Source of the DNA: a virus
Taxonomy: Duplodnaviria > Caudoviricetes
DNA length: 50,097 bases
Reading direction: 5' to 3' (one strand)
Virus record (IMG/VR): IMGVR_UViG_3300030393_000004
Span: 1-50,097 of that record
This document shows, in pieces, positions 36,766 through 44,408 of this stretch. Position numbers and translations under genes: made by a program. Numbering within the stretch: position 1 is the stretch's first letter; the number at the start of each line of letters is the position of its first letter. The notes beneath the pieces were generated by a model. That model was not told the DNA's origin. It worked only from the letters and a program-made list of their open reading frames with translations, and did no database searches.

Positions 36766-37167
36766 CAGCGCGAACTCTTTAAGGATTTTTAAGTCAGAGT
36801 TAGGCAGTCGGTTGATCTGAACGTATGGAACGCCAACCATGCCAGCAATAAACATCATGAGCTTTTTCATGTCTTGGTTTTTGCCGCCTTTATCCATCAT
36901 TTCCCAAGCCGTGCCACCTGGCTCTGTAATGGTGATGGTTTTCTCATCGTCGCTGATTGGCTTTTTAAGCGTTAGAACGTACGAATCACCATCAACGATA
37001 GCGCGACCAGTCATGATTGGCTTAGCAAGCGTGCGAAGCTTGTCTTTGAAGTCTTTCGCGTCATCTTCAAGCATTGAATCAACATCGGTGTCGATGTCCA
37101 TTGCATCTAGAAGGGTGATTAGTTCAGCCTCTGCGGCCTCTTGTGGGATAGAGATTTTTTTAGTCAT
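36751..37167 (-). CDS. Tail assembly chaperone (gpG-like)
   Basis: ACAGGAC RBS, ATG 37167; L.KP...ITITEP, I..L...D motifs; ends CTT TTT TTG GCT TAA. Confidence 0.8.
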   Translation of the reverse strand: MTKKISIPQEAAEAELITLLDAMDIDTDVDSMLEDDAKDFKDKLRTLAKPIMTGRAIVDGDSYVLTLKKPISDDEKTITITEPGGTAWEMMDKGGKNQDMKKLMMFIAGMVGVPYVQINRLPNSDLKILKEFALLFLA

Positions 37168-37172
37168 TGGAA

Positions 37173-37367
37173 TTAGTCCTGTGGTGAAATTAGTTTTGAA
37201 AGTTCTTTTGCGATGTCTTGAGTTGCAGTTCGAACTGGACATTTAGTTGCAGCTCCAGCCACACGCGGTGCGCCATTCAAAGCTTCAAGAGCGTTGGACA
37301 TCGCATAAATTAATTCGATTTTTTCTTGGTGCGGTACGTTTTGTTTTTTGCATTCTTTATTACACAT
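37173..37367 (-). CDS. Hypothetical protein inserted before the chaperone
   Basis: ATG 37367; flanked by ACAGGACTAA copies. Confidence 0.65.
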   Translation of the reverse strand: MCNKECKKQNVPHQEKIELIYAMSNALEALNGAPRVAGAATKCPVRTATQDIAKELSKLISPQD

Positions 37368-37375
37368 AATATTTA

Positions 37376-37442
37376 GTCCTGTTAAGGCTCCCCACCACAA
37401 TGGCTAAAGGTACAGGACAGACCGGGGAGCACGTTAAGTATA
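37376..37442 (-). promoter_or_regulatory. -10 box plus branched structured leader RNA
   Basis: TATACT 37442-37437; GCTCCCC/GGGGAGC stem enclosing two small hairpins; loop complementary to RBS. Confidence 0.5.
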
Positions 37443-37466
37443 ACCACTTCAAAATAATTAAACAAA

Positions 37467-37499
37467 TGACTTGATTTTAACCGATTCAGTGGCTAAGAT
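37467..37499 (+). promoter_or_regulatory. Island promoter
   Basis: TTGATT-N17-TAAGAT. Confidence 0.6.
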
Positions 37500-37527
37500 T
37501 AATTCAACTTAAACAGGAAGGAATATT

Positions 37528-37743
37528 ATGAAATTTACCGACACACCCACAACCACGCTTGATGAGTTGCTTGAGTTTACGCATGGCAATAAATCACATG
37601 CGGCCACTAAGATTGGCATTACTCGCACAACCCTGCGTAATTACATCGCTAAGAAAGACAAGGTTTTACTGGTGAAAATTGATGGCAAGCTAGTGCCATT
37701 TGTTGCTGACCGCCGTCAAGGTGCGCATAAGAAGGCTAGTTGA
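37528..37743 (+). CDS. NinH/Fis-like HTH protein
   Basis: LL..THGNKSHAA..IGITRTTLRNY then beta hairpin. Confidence 0.75.
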   Translation: MKFTDTPTTTLDELLEFTHGNKSHAATKIGITRTTLRNYIAKKDKVLLVKIDGKLVPFVADRRQGAHKKAS

Positions 37744-37745
37744 CC

Positions 37746-37931
37746 ATGCAATCACCAAACTACTCAAGGAACGCGCACAAGGCAGCGCAAGCAGAAAGGC
37801 AACACGACTACCCTATGGCTGTTGTGTTTTGGCAAAAGGCAGCAAAGAGCGAATGCAGCGACAAACAACGTCATTGGGCTGAGTGTCGCTGTCAGCACTG
37901 TAATAGATTTGTAGGGGATTGGGATGTTTAA
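37746..37931 (+). CDS. ANR-family (AraC negative regulator)-like protein
   Basis: Y...A..AA..ER...Y..A...W.KA......N/Q..WA..R...C pattern. Confidence 0.7.
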   Translation: MQSPNYSRNAHKAAQAERQHDYPMAVVFWQKAAKSECSDKQRHWAECRCQHCNRFVGDWDV

Positions 37932-38088
37932 TCAAGCAAGCAACTACGACAAATGGATCAACCAAAACAAAGAACGACTAATCGACGCGTGGGAAGTTGG
38001 TTTTCTAGGTGAAACGCCAATCACTGCCGACACCTATGAAGACTTTGTTCTGGCTCAATGGGAATCCAAATGCCAAGACCAAAAATAA
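37924..38088 (+). CDS. 54-aa hypothetical protein (not in ORF track)
   Basis: MFNQASNYDKWI...WESKCQDQK; AGGGG RBS; overlaps neighbours. Confidence 0.65.
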   Translation: MFNQASNYDKWINQNKERLIDAWEVGFLGETPITADTYEDFVLAQWESKCQDQK

Positions 38089-38264
38089 ACAAGTGTCGCG
38101 ATTGCTGGACACCTTCAGAAACCGACTATCTTGGTTTGTGTGAAGCGTGTGCCGGCGATCCTATTATCGTTAACGAGAAAATCAGAGCCGCGCAAGTCAC
38201 TAAAGAAATTAGAGATGGGTTGCCGGGGTTTTATAGAGAACTTAAACAGGAAGGGAAGAAGTGA
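38070..38264 (+). CDS. Small C4 Zn-finger protein
   Basis: CRDC...CEAC. Confidence 0.6.
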   Translation: MPRPKINKCRDCWTPSETDYLGLCEACAGDPIIVNEKIRAAQVTKEIRDGLPGFYRELKQEGKK

Positions 38265-38452
38265 GAGGTTCAGATATCTACGAAGGCAGCGAAGTTATGA
38301 TAATGACTGGTAAGCTAACATCATTCTACGGCCATGTTATTTCAATAAAACACTACCAATCCAAGCCAGACAAAGCATGGGTTGAAACTCTAGATGAGAA
38401 AAATGAAAGAACATTCAGGTGGTATAACTTATCAAATCTGCTAAAAACATAA
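38261..38452 (+). CDS. Small KOW/SH3-like protein
   Basis: GSEV.I..G.L..FYG.V pattern; AAACAGGA RBS. Confidence 0.6.
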   Translation: MRGSDIYEGSEVMIMTGKLTSFYGHVISIKHYQSKPDKAWVETLDEKNERTFRWYNLSNLLKT

Positions 38453-38454
38453 AC

Positions 38455-38480
38455 AAAAAAACCCCTCAATCGAGGGGTTT
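38455..38480. terminator. Bidirectional terminator
   Basis: AAACCCCTC/GAGGGGTTT between convergent genes. Confidence 0.85.
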
Positions 38481-38491
38481 ATCATTCCTAC

Positions 38492-38869
38492 TTATTGCTT
38501 TTGGAACCGGCCGGGGCCTTCCAATGTCAACGGCGCAGTACCATTCATCGAGCTCACTTCAATATCGCCCGTGATGTTACCTTGACCCGCTCGCACTGTA
38601 CCATCTGAATAAACCGCTTTCATTGGCACGAATCGACCACCATCTGCAATATTCTGCAAGAACTCTTGATCGTCATTGTCGTCATCAATAGCAAAGTTGA
38701 TGCCTGAAAACTTCCAGCCTGTAACCGTTTGAATCAAGCGACCACTAATGCCGTCACCGTTCGCACTAAACTCGTTACTCTTACCGCCTAGCATGGTGTT
38801 ACCGTCTGCATCAGCTGCGCATTTAAAGCTGCGGCCATTCACCGCAAATTCTACTAATGAACCTGGCAT
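38492..38869 (-). CDS. Tail tube protein (Mu gpM-like)
   Basis: 125 aa, beta-rich, directly after sheath. Confidence 0.8.
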   Translation of the reverse strand: MPGSLVEFAVNGRSFKCAADADGNTMLGGKSNEFSANGDGISGRLIQTVTGWKFSGINFAIDDDNDDQEFLQNIADGGRFVPMKAVYSDGTVRAGQGNITGDIEVSSMNGTAPLTLEGPGRFQKQ

Positions 38870-38870
38870 A

Positions 38871-40331
38871 TTATGCGCCTCCTAAGTAAAAGCCGAATGT
38901 TAGATCAGCTGAATGAATGTCCCAGTTACCGGAAAGTTTTGGAGGATAAGCAGTGTTCACTCGATTCGGGTTAGAACCGTCAATCGATGCAAATGTGTTT
39001 TTCTTCGTAAATTCAGGATCGGAGATAATAGCTGCATTTGCTAAGTTATCCGTCATTACAGCAAGTGCCGCTACTGCGTCACTAGGCTTGCGTGCGTTCG
39101 GGTTAGTGCTTACTTGGAAATCAGGAATAAGTGGCGCTTTCTTCCATTCGGGTTGGTCAAAAATCAAATCCATATTGTATATGATATTTTGCAACTTAAC
39201 GATGTAAATAATCTTGCCGTACTCTGGATCTGGCTTGCCATCTGGGTGATAGAAAGTCAGTGAGTTATCAAGCTTAATCACACCATCTTCGATTTGCGTT
39301 GAAGATACGCCAGCCTTCCAAGCTAAATCACGCTCGTCGTAGTTCCATTGCTCGCCATCTTTGCCGTTAACCACAGTATCAAGGGTCATGCCACGGTATT
39401 CAGTTGCTGGATCTTCGTTTGCTTGCTTAGCGATTCGAGCTGCTGCGCGAGCTGCAATAATCCAAGGTGCTGAAGGTGAGCCAGGGCAAGGGATAACTGC
39501 GTTGGTGCGGTCTGTCTTGCGTCCGTCTGTGTACGTCTTCAAAACCGTTTCGTCAGTCTCGTTAGTGCCGTACAAAGCAAATAAAGGCTTACGTACTAAC
39601 TGGCCCCAACGACCTTCGTTAAACGTGCTCAGTGCGTCATGCGCTGCCGTGCCAAGTTGGTTAACAATGATGGTTTCCCATACGTTACCTACCTGAGCTG
39701 TTGCACCGTCGATTGAAGGATCAACCAAACCGCCCGTCATTTCCGTTGTCGCGAACGTTACACCTTGAGGTGTGCCAAGCACTTCAACAACCAAGTCGTT
39801 GCCCGTCGTGCCTTTATGCTTCGCTGTGATTGTGACTTTGGTTGTTTCGTCAGTCGCGATAACTGGCATATCAAGATTGCCGTTGATTGCCGTAACAATC
39901 TTTGGAATGATGTCTGCTGGTACTTCATCTTTCAGCGCGGTAAACGCATTAGAAGTTACACCACCGACACGCACGAAGTATTGTGCCGCTACGGTTTGCG
40001 TACCAGTTGGAGTAATATCAGCCGCAGCTTGAACGCCACTCGCTTCATTTGGTAGCGGGTAAACAGTTACGCCAGCACCAAGAGCACCGTCACCACTGTC
40101 TGGAAAAATCTGTTTAGCGATCAAGTGAGCTGGAGAACCAAAGCCCATTGTTTCAGCCACATCTAAGCTTGATGTGATCTCAAACTTGTCCGTTGAGTAT
40201 GTCGCCGCTTCACTACCCTGTGCGAAAATAGCAATTCGCTGCTGCAAAAGGTAAACCGCGCCGACGTTGAAGTTTTTGTATTGCGTATCAATGCCGACAG
40301 CACTTGCTCGCAATGAATTTGGTAATGTCAT
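38871..40331 (-). CDS. Contractile tail sheath protein (Mu gpL-like)
   Basis: G.GS..H, VTITAKHKG..GND, GG..DP, ERD....GVS, NPNRV motifs. Confidence 0.92.
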   Translation of the reverse strand: MTLPNSLRASAVGIDTQYKNFNVGAVYLLQQRIAIFAQGSEAATYSTDKFEITSSLDVAETMGFGSPAHLIAKQIFPDSGDGALGAGVTVYPLPNEASGVQAAADITPTGTQTVAAQYFVRVGGVTSNAFTALKDEVPADIIPKIVTAINGNLDMPVIATDETTKVTITAKHKGTTGNDLVVEVLGTPQGVTFATTEMTGGLVDPSIDGATAQVGNVWETIIVNQLGTAAHDALSTFNEGRWGQLVRKPLFALYGTNETDETVLKTYTDGRKTDRTNAVIPCPGSPSAPWIIAARAAARIAKQANEDPATEYRGMTLDTVVNGKDGEQWNYDERDLAWKAGVSSTQIEDGVIKLDNSLTFYHPDGKPDPEYGKIIYIVKLQNIIYNMDLIFDQPEWKKAPLIPDFQVSTNPNARKPSDAVAALAVMTDNLANAAIISDPEFTKKNTFASIDGSNPNRVNTAYPPKLSGNWDIHSADLTFGFYLGGA

Positions 40332-40345
40332 TTGTTACCTCGTTA

Positions 40346-41014
40346 TTATGTGTAATCGTATTCGCACGTTGTGTAAATCTCACCGCTATCACCGCGCTCA
40401 ACGTCAATCACTATCCCTTCTAGCTCCACACCCTCGTTAATAACTGGTGTGTCGATCACGTTGCACTGCAAAGAAATTCGCTTTACAACGACTGGGCCCA
40501 ATTGACGCGAATCAAAGTCCGGCTCGAAATACTGCTCACCTGTAATATTAACAGAATTTACCAACTTGCGATCGAGCTGCAAATTATTGTTGATGTCGGC
40601 TTTCAGTATCTTGTTAACTAGGTTGGCAACGCGTCGACAATCTTGTGAAGCGTCTAAATCTGCAGGTCTGTGTCCGTCGACGGTTTGTTCTGCGCGGCCA
40701 ATGCCGAAACAGTCAATATTCAGAGTCAATAGCTTTTGCTGCTTGCCGTGGTTTGCACTTACGCCCATCTGCTTAGAATCATCAGATTCCTTAATGCTAA
40801 TGACGGGAGTTGTGTTGTCTTTCATGTTGTCGAACGGGTTGAACCTATCCGCAAAGACACGCAACTTGTACAATTCTGGATCTTTACCACCGGCCAATGC
40901 GAGCGCTTGCTGATTGGCTGACTCATTAATGAGTATTTCGCCAACCTTATCAATCACAATCTGAATTGTGTTTTCACTAAGGTCAATTAATCCCGGTATT
41001 ACATCAGTAGCCAT
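40346..41014 (-). CDS. Putative tail terminator/neck protein
   Basis: Position before sheath; size. Confidence 0.6.
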   Translation of the reverse strand: MATDVIPGLIDLSENTIQIVIDKVGEILINESANQQALALAGGKDPELYKLRVFADRFNPFDNMKDNTTPVISIKESDDSKQMGVSANHGKQQKLLTLNIDCFGIGRAEQTVDGHRPADLDASQDCRRVANLVNKILKADINNNLQLDRKLVNSVNITGEQYFEPDFDSRQLGPVVVKRISLQCNVIDTPVINEGVELEGIVIDVERGDSGEIYTTCEYDYT

Positions 41015-41387
41015 AAGAACCTAGATCACAAAGTATATTGCCGTTAGCCTCATCAGGCGCAGCGCGGGTGATTTTGTAAGTTACTACAACACCATCGATA
41101 TTCGTCTCGCGAACTGTCCACGGTCGTTGTAGCTCGTCAGATACGCCTTCAGGCAATGTAATACCAAGCGCATTAAGATCTAAACGGTTAATGGAAGCTG
41201 TAGCAAGATAACCAGACACCGGTTGCCCCGTATCTGGATCAACTAAGTTGTGAATAACAGTGAGAATAGACTTCAGCGAATACTCAACTTGCGCAGGGTC
41301 AATTAAGACTATGTCCGTACTAAACCCGAACTTTTCCGAGTTCATGATCCGCTGTGCGTCTTTTTGCATTCGCTGAAGTAAACTCAT
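41004..41387 (-). CDS. Putative head-tail adaptor/closure protein
   Basis: Synteny; VDPDTG.PV motif. Confidence 0.6.
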   Translation of the reverse strand: MSLLQRMQKDAQRIMNSEKFGFSTDIVLIDPAQVEYSLKSILTVIHNLVDPDTGQPVSGYLATASINRLDLNALGITLPEGVSDELQRPWTVRETNIDGVVVTYKITRAAPDEANGNILCDLGSYGY

Positions 41388-41731
41388 TATTTTTTCACCA
41401 CCAAGCCGCGCTCTAGCATTGAGTCGAGAAGTGTTTTGTTTGCTTTAAACTCAGGCCATTCAACATCAACCACATCGCCACCGGTTTTAATGCCAGCGCG
41501 GAAGCCGATTGATTGGCCATTTGCTACAGCGTAACCTTTGACAACAGGCACATCCTGCTCACCATCAAGCGCAGCAATAGCACCCTCGATAAGTTCGATT
41601 GCACCACTGCGATCTTTTCCTGACTTCTCAGCCTTAAGCAATGAATCTAAAAACGACTTAGAAAAAGAGCCCTTCGCGAGCTCAGTTTCTAGTTCGTCAA
41701 GATTCAGTTTTACTAAATCTTGAGTTTTCAT
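41387..41731 (-). CDS. Hypothetical head-associated protein
   Basis: Follows capsid gene; L.AEK.GK.R.G.I..I motif. Confidence 0.65.
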   Translation of the reverse strand: MKTQDLVKLNLDELETELAKGSFSKSFLDSLLKAEKSGKDRSGAIELIEGAIAALDGEQDVPVVKGYAVANGQSIGFRAGIKTGGDVVDVEWPEFKANKTLLDSMLERGLVVKK

Positions 41732-41732
41732 T

Positions 41733-42812
41733 TTAGAATGCCTTACCACAACCGTAACGGTCGATAGATGTTGGGATGATCAGCGGCTTAGATGCGATTT
41801 CACCAGTAATTGTCTTACCATTTAGAGATAGGTAAGCATTAAGGTTAAAATCAAGACCAACAGAAGATGCTGAGATTCGACCACCAAGGAAAGACAATGC
41901 GCGACCTTCTGGCGGGGCAATCACTGGGATAGCGCCAAATGTAGCATCAAGACGAAGACCTTCAGCAAGGATAAGAACAGATGAATCCTTTAGGAATCGC
42001 TCATTCGCTGATGCGCCAACATCTTTGTATTCGCCACGGTAAGTGTAAATATCAAGACGGTAGCCAGTCGCTGTAAGCGTACCCATGTAAGTCGCGCCGC
42101 TTGGTACATCGCGGGGTTCAATGTTGATGATCTTAACATGTTGAGTGTCAGTGTATTTGATAAACTCTGCACACTGCAGCATGTTGTCGTACGCACCATC
42201 GCCAAGCCATAGTTGAGTCGGTTTAGATTGACCATCAGTATTGATAACGTCACAAAGAGATTTTACGTTAGCAATCGGAGTTGCGTTAGCGTGATCAGTC
42301 CATGCCGTTGCAAATGTCGGGAAGTGAGTCGGCTTACCTTTAAAGTCAATCGTGTAAGCATCTTCGCCTTCTTCGTCCTTCAGGGTAACTGTAGCAGTTT
42401 GAAGGACTTGAGAAGCCATAAGCTCAAGAGTTCGACGCTGACGCTTACCACCGTAACGCATATGCTTCATGAACAGGTTCATTGCACTAGCGCGGAAAAC
42501 AGGATCGGTGTAGTCGATTTCACCAAATTGACGTTTAGTCAGTTCGTGAGCGTTAATTGAAAACTCTTCACTCATTACAACTGCTGAGAATTCTTTGTTT
42601 GTGAACTCGTCTAGAGAAAACTTAGTGTTGCCGTCTTTAACGCTGCGAACAACTGGTGCAACTTCTTCACCTTCACGCCAAATGTCGTGCTGGAATGTTT
42701 CAGCCGTGTAGTAGTTCTCTCGCGGAGCCTGAGCCATGCCAGAGAAAACTCCAGCCACTGGAGCTTCCTGAACGTATTCGCGACCCATATGGGTAGTATA
42801 TTTACCAGCCAT
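41733..42812 (-). CDS. Major capsid protein (lambda gpE family)
   Basis: VAPVV, R..E.MA.QVL....V, IDF, W......PI motifs; synteny. Confidence 0.88.
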   Translation of the reverse strand: MAGKYTTHMGREYVQEAPVAGVFSGMAQAPRENYYTAETFQHDIWREGEEVAPVVRSVKDGNTKFSLDEFTNKEFSAVVMSEEFSINAHELTKRQFGEIDYTDPVFRASAMNLFMKHMRYGGKRQRRTLELMASQVLQTATVTLKDEEGEDAYTIDFKGKPTHFPTFATAWTDHANATPIANVKSLCDVINTDGQSKPTQLWLGDGAYDNMLQCAEFIKYTDTQHVKIINIEPRDVPSGATYMGTLTATGYRLDIYTYRGEYKDVGASANERFLKDSSVLILAEGLRLDATFGAIPVIAPPEGRALSFLGGRISASSVGLDFNLNAYLSLNGKTITGEIASKPLIIPTSIDRYGCGKAF

Positions 42813-42820
42813 GTTAGCTC

Positions 42821-43219
42821 CTATTGGTTATCTAATACTGAAAAATCAGTAGTGTTTTTAACTGAGATTGAATTGTCTTTAAGGCTAGACACTTCACGGT
42901 AATCAACTGTGCCACCAGCTTTGATAATAAGCTTGTCTTGACGAACAATGCCGAACATCATTACGCGAACGTTTTTAGTGCCAGCGGTTACGTCTGCTGC
43001 TGTTACTACAGTGTCAGACAATAGAACGTAGCGAGCAACTTCAAGGCCAGTTGAGTCACCGCGAGTGTAGAAACCACCTGCGCCCGTTGCTGTAACTTCA
43101 GCAAGAATCAAGCCTTCTTTTAGCGTTTCAGCTGCAGTCACTGCAAGCGTTAGAGTTTCAGCGTTTTCTAGATTAAGCGTTACGCCACCTAGATCTTGAT
43201 TGGTTACTTTCATGCTCAT
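42821..43219 (-). CDS. Head decoration protein (lambda gpD-like)
   Basis: Size and position between protease and capsid. Confidence 0.75.
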   Translation of the reverse strand: MSMKVTNQDLGGVTLNLENAETLTLAVTAAETLKEGLILAEVTATGAGGFYTRGDSTGLEVARYVLLSDTVVTAADVTAGTKNVRVMMFGIVRQDKLIIKAGGTVDYREVSSLKDNSISVKNTTDFSVLDNQ

Positions 43220-44406
43220 TAGTAAAACTCCTGCTCTGAACCATTACCACTCATAGCAGCAATCGTTTTATTGAAAAGCTCATCTTCTGCGCTTTCAGCG
43301 GATGCTTCAGGCTTTTTGATGCCATCAGTATCAACATTGTCAGCTGCTAGTGCGCTTAGAGAGTTGTTTTTCATTTGAGCTGCCATGAACTTAGCGTTGA
43401 TTGACGCTGAATGCTCTGTGCCGTCTTTAATGCAAGCTATTGCAAGTTCGCCAGCGCCAGACGCTTCACCAAGTTCAGCAAACGCACTTACACGCTCTTG
43501 CTCTTGAGTTTTACCCGCTTGAATGCCTTCGTTTTTAATTTCAGCATATAGCTCAGGGTGCTTTGCTTGTAGTTCTGCTTTATTCATGATTTCCTCACTG
43601 TTAGCAGTTAGTTGGTGCTCAGTTTCGCCCTGAGCGGTTAAATTTGTTTGCGTTCCTGCCAATGCAGAGCCGCTTTGTGATGCGATTGCGTCAATCATAC
43701 CAGATTTTAAAGCGTTGCGCGCAGTGGTTACAGAGCCTTGTCCGTAGTTCGCTTTGATGTCGTCAGTGTTGGTGCCGCGACCCGCTGCGATTGCTTCAAT
43801 AAACAGATCTTCATAAGCATCTAGTTCGGCGCGGATTTGTGCCACACCTTCTTCTGTCGATGCGTCTGGGCGCTTGTTTGGTGCGTTAGTTGAGGTAATG
43901 CTTTTAACGTTTTCGTCAATATAAGCTTCAACCACAATACCAATTGAACCAATACCCTCACCCTCTGAAGCGGTTACGATACTGTCACACTGTGAAGCGA
44001 TAGCATAAGCCGCACTACAGCACATGCCAGACACTTCGCACGTCATTGGTGTTTTCATTGACTCCATTTGAGCAATTAAGTCAAACAAACCAGACACTTG
44101 ACCGCCGCCAGAGTTCATCTTGATTCGAATGTCGGTGATTTCTGGATCAAGTTCAGCCATTTGCATCGCTGCCATGATATCAGTGTAAGCAGTGCCACCC
44201 ATTAACCAAGTCATGAACCCGTACGAGTGCGTTAACACACCTGCAATTGCAATGGTCGCTACATTACCACTCACCGAAAGGATTCGGCTGTTAGATTGGC
44301 CATCTTGAGCAATGCCAGCTTCGTATTTAGTTCGCATGTCGGCAGAGATTGCATTCATATCGAATGATCGCACCTGCCTAATTACATCGTTACTCGCTAG
44401 ATACAT
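43219..44406 (-). CDS. S49 head maturation protease with C-terminal scaffold (lambda gpC/Nu3-like)
   Basis: NSGGG.V.G, CSAAY.IAS, GSIG.V, F...IA.GR, G.ID motifs. Confidence 0.9.
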   Translation of the reverse strand: MYLASNDVIRQVRSFDMNAISADMRTKYEAGIAQDGQSNSRILSVSGNVATIAIAGVLTHSYGFMTWLMGGTAYTDIMAAMQMAELDPEITDIRIKMNSGGGQVSGLFDLIAQMESMKTPMTCEVSGMCCSAAYAIASQCDSIVTASEGEGIGSIGIVVEAYIDENVKSITSTNAPNKRPDASTEEGVAQIRAELDAYEDLFIEAIAAGRGTNTDDIKANYGQGSVTTARNALKSGMIDAIASQSGSALAGTQTNLTAQGETEHQLTANSEEIMNKAELQAKHPELYAEIKNEGIQAGKTQEQERVSAFAELGEASGAGELAIACIKDGTEHSASINAKFMAAQMKNNSLSALAADNVDTDGIKKPEASAESAEDELFNKTIAAMSGNGSEQEFY

Positions 44407-44408
44407 TA

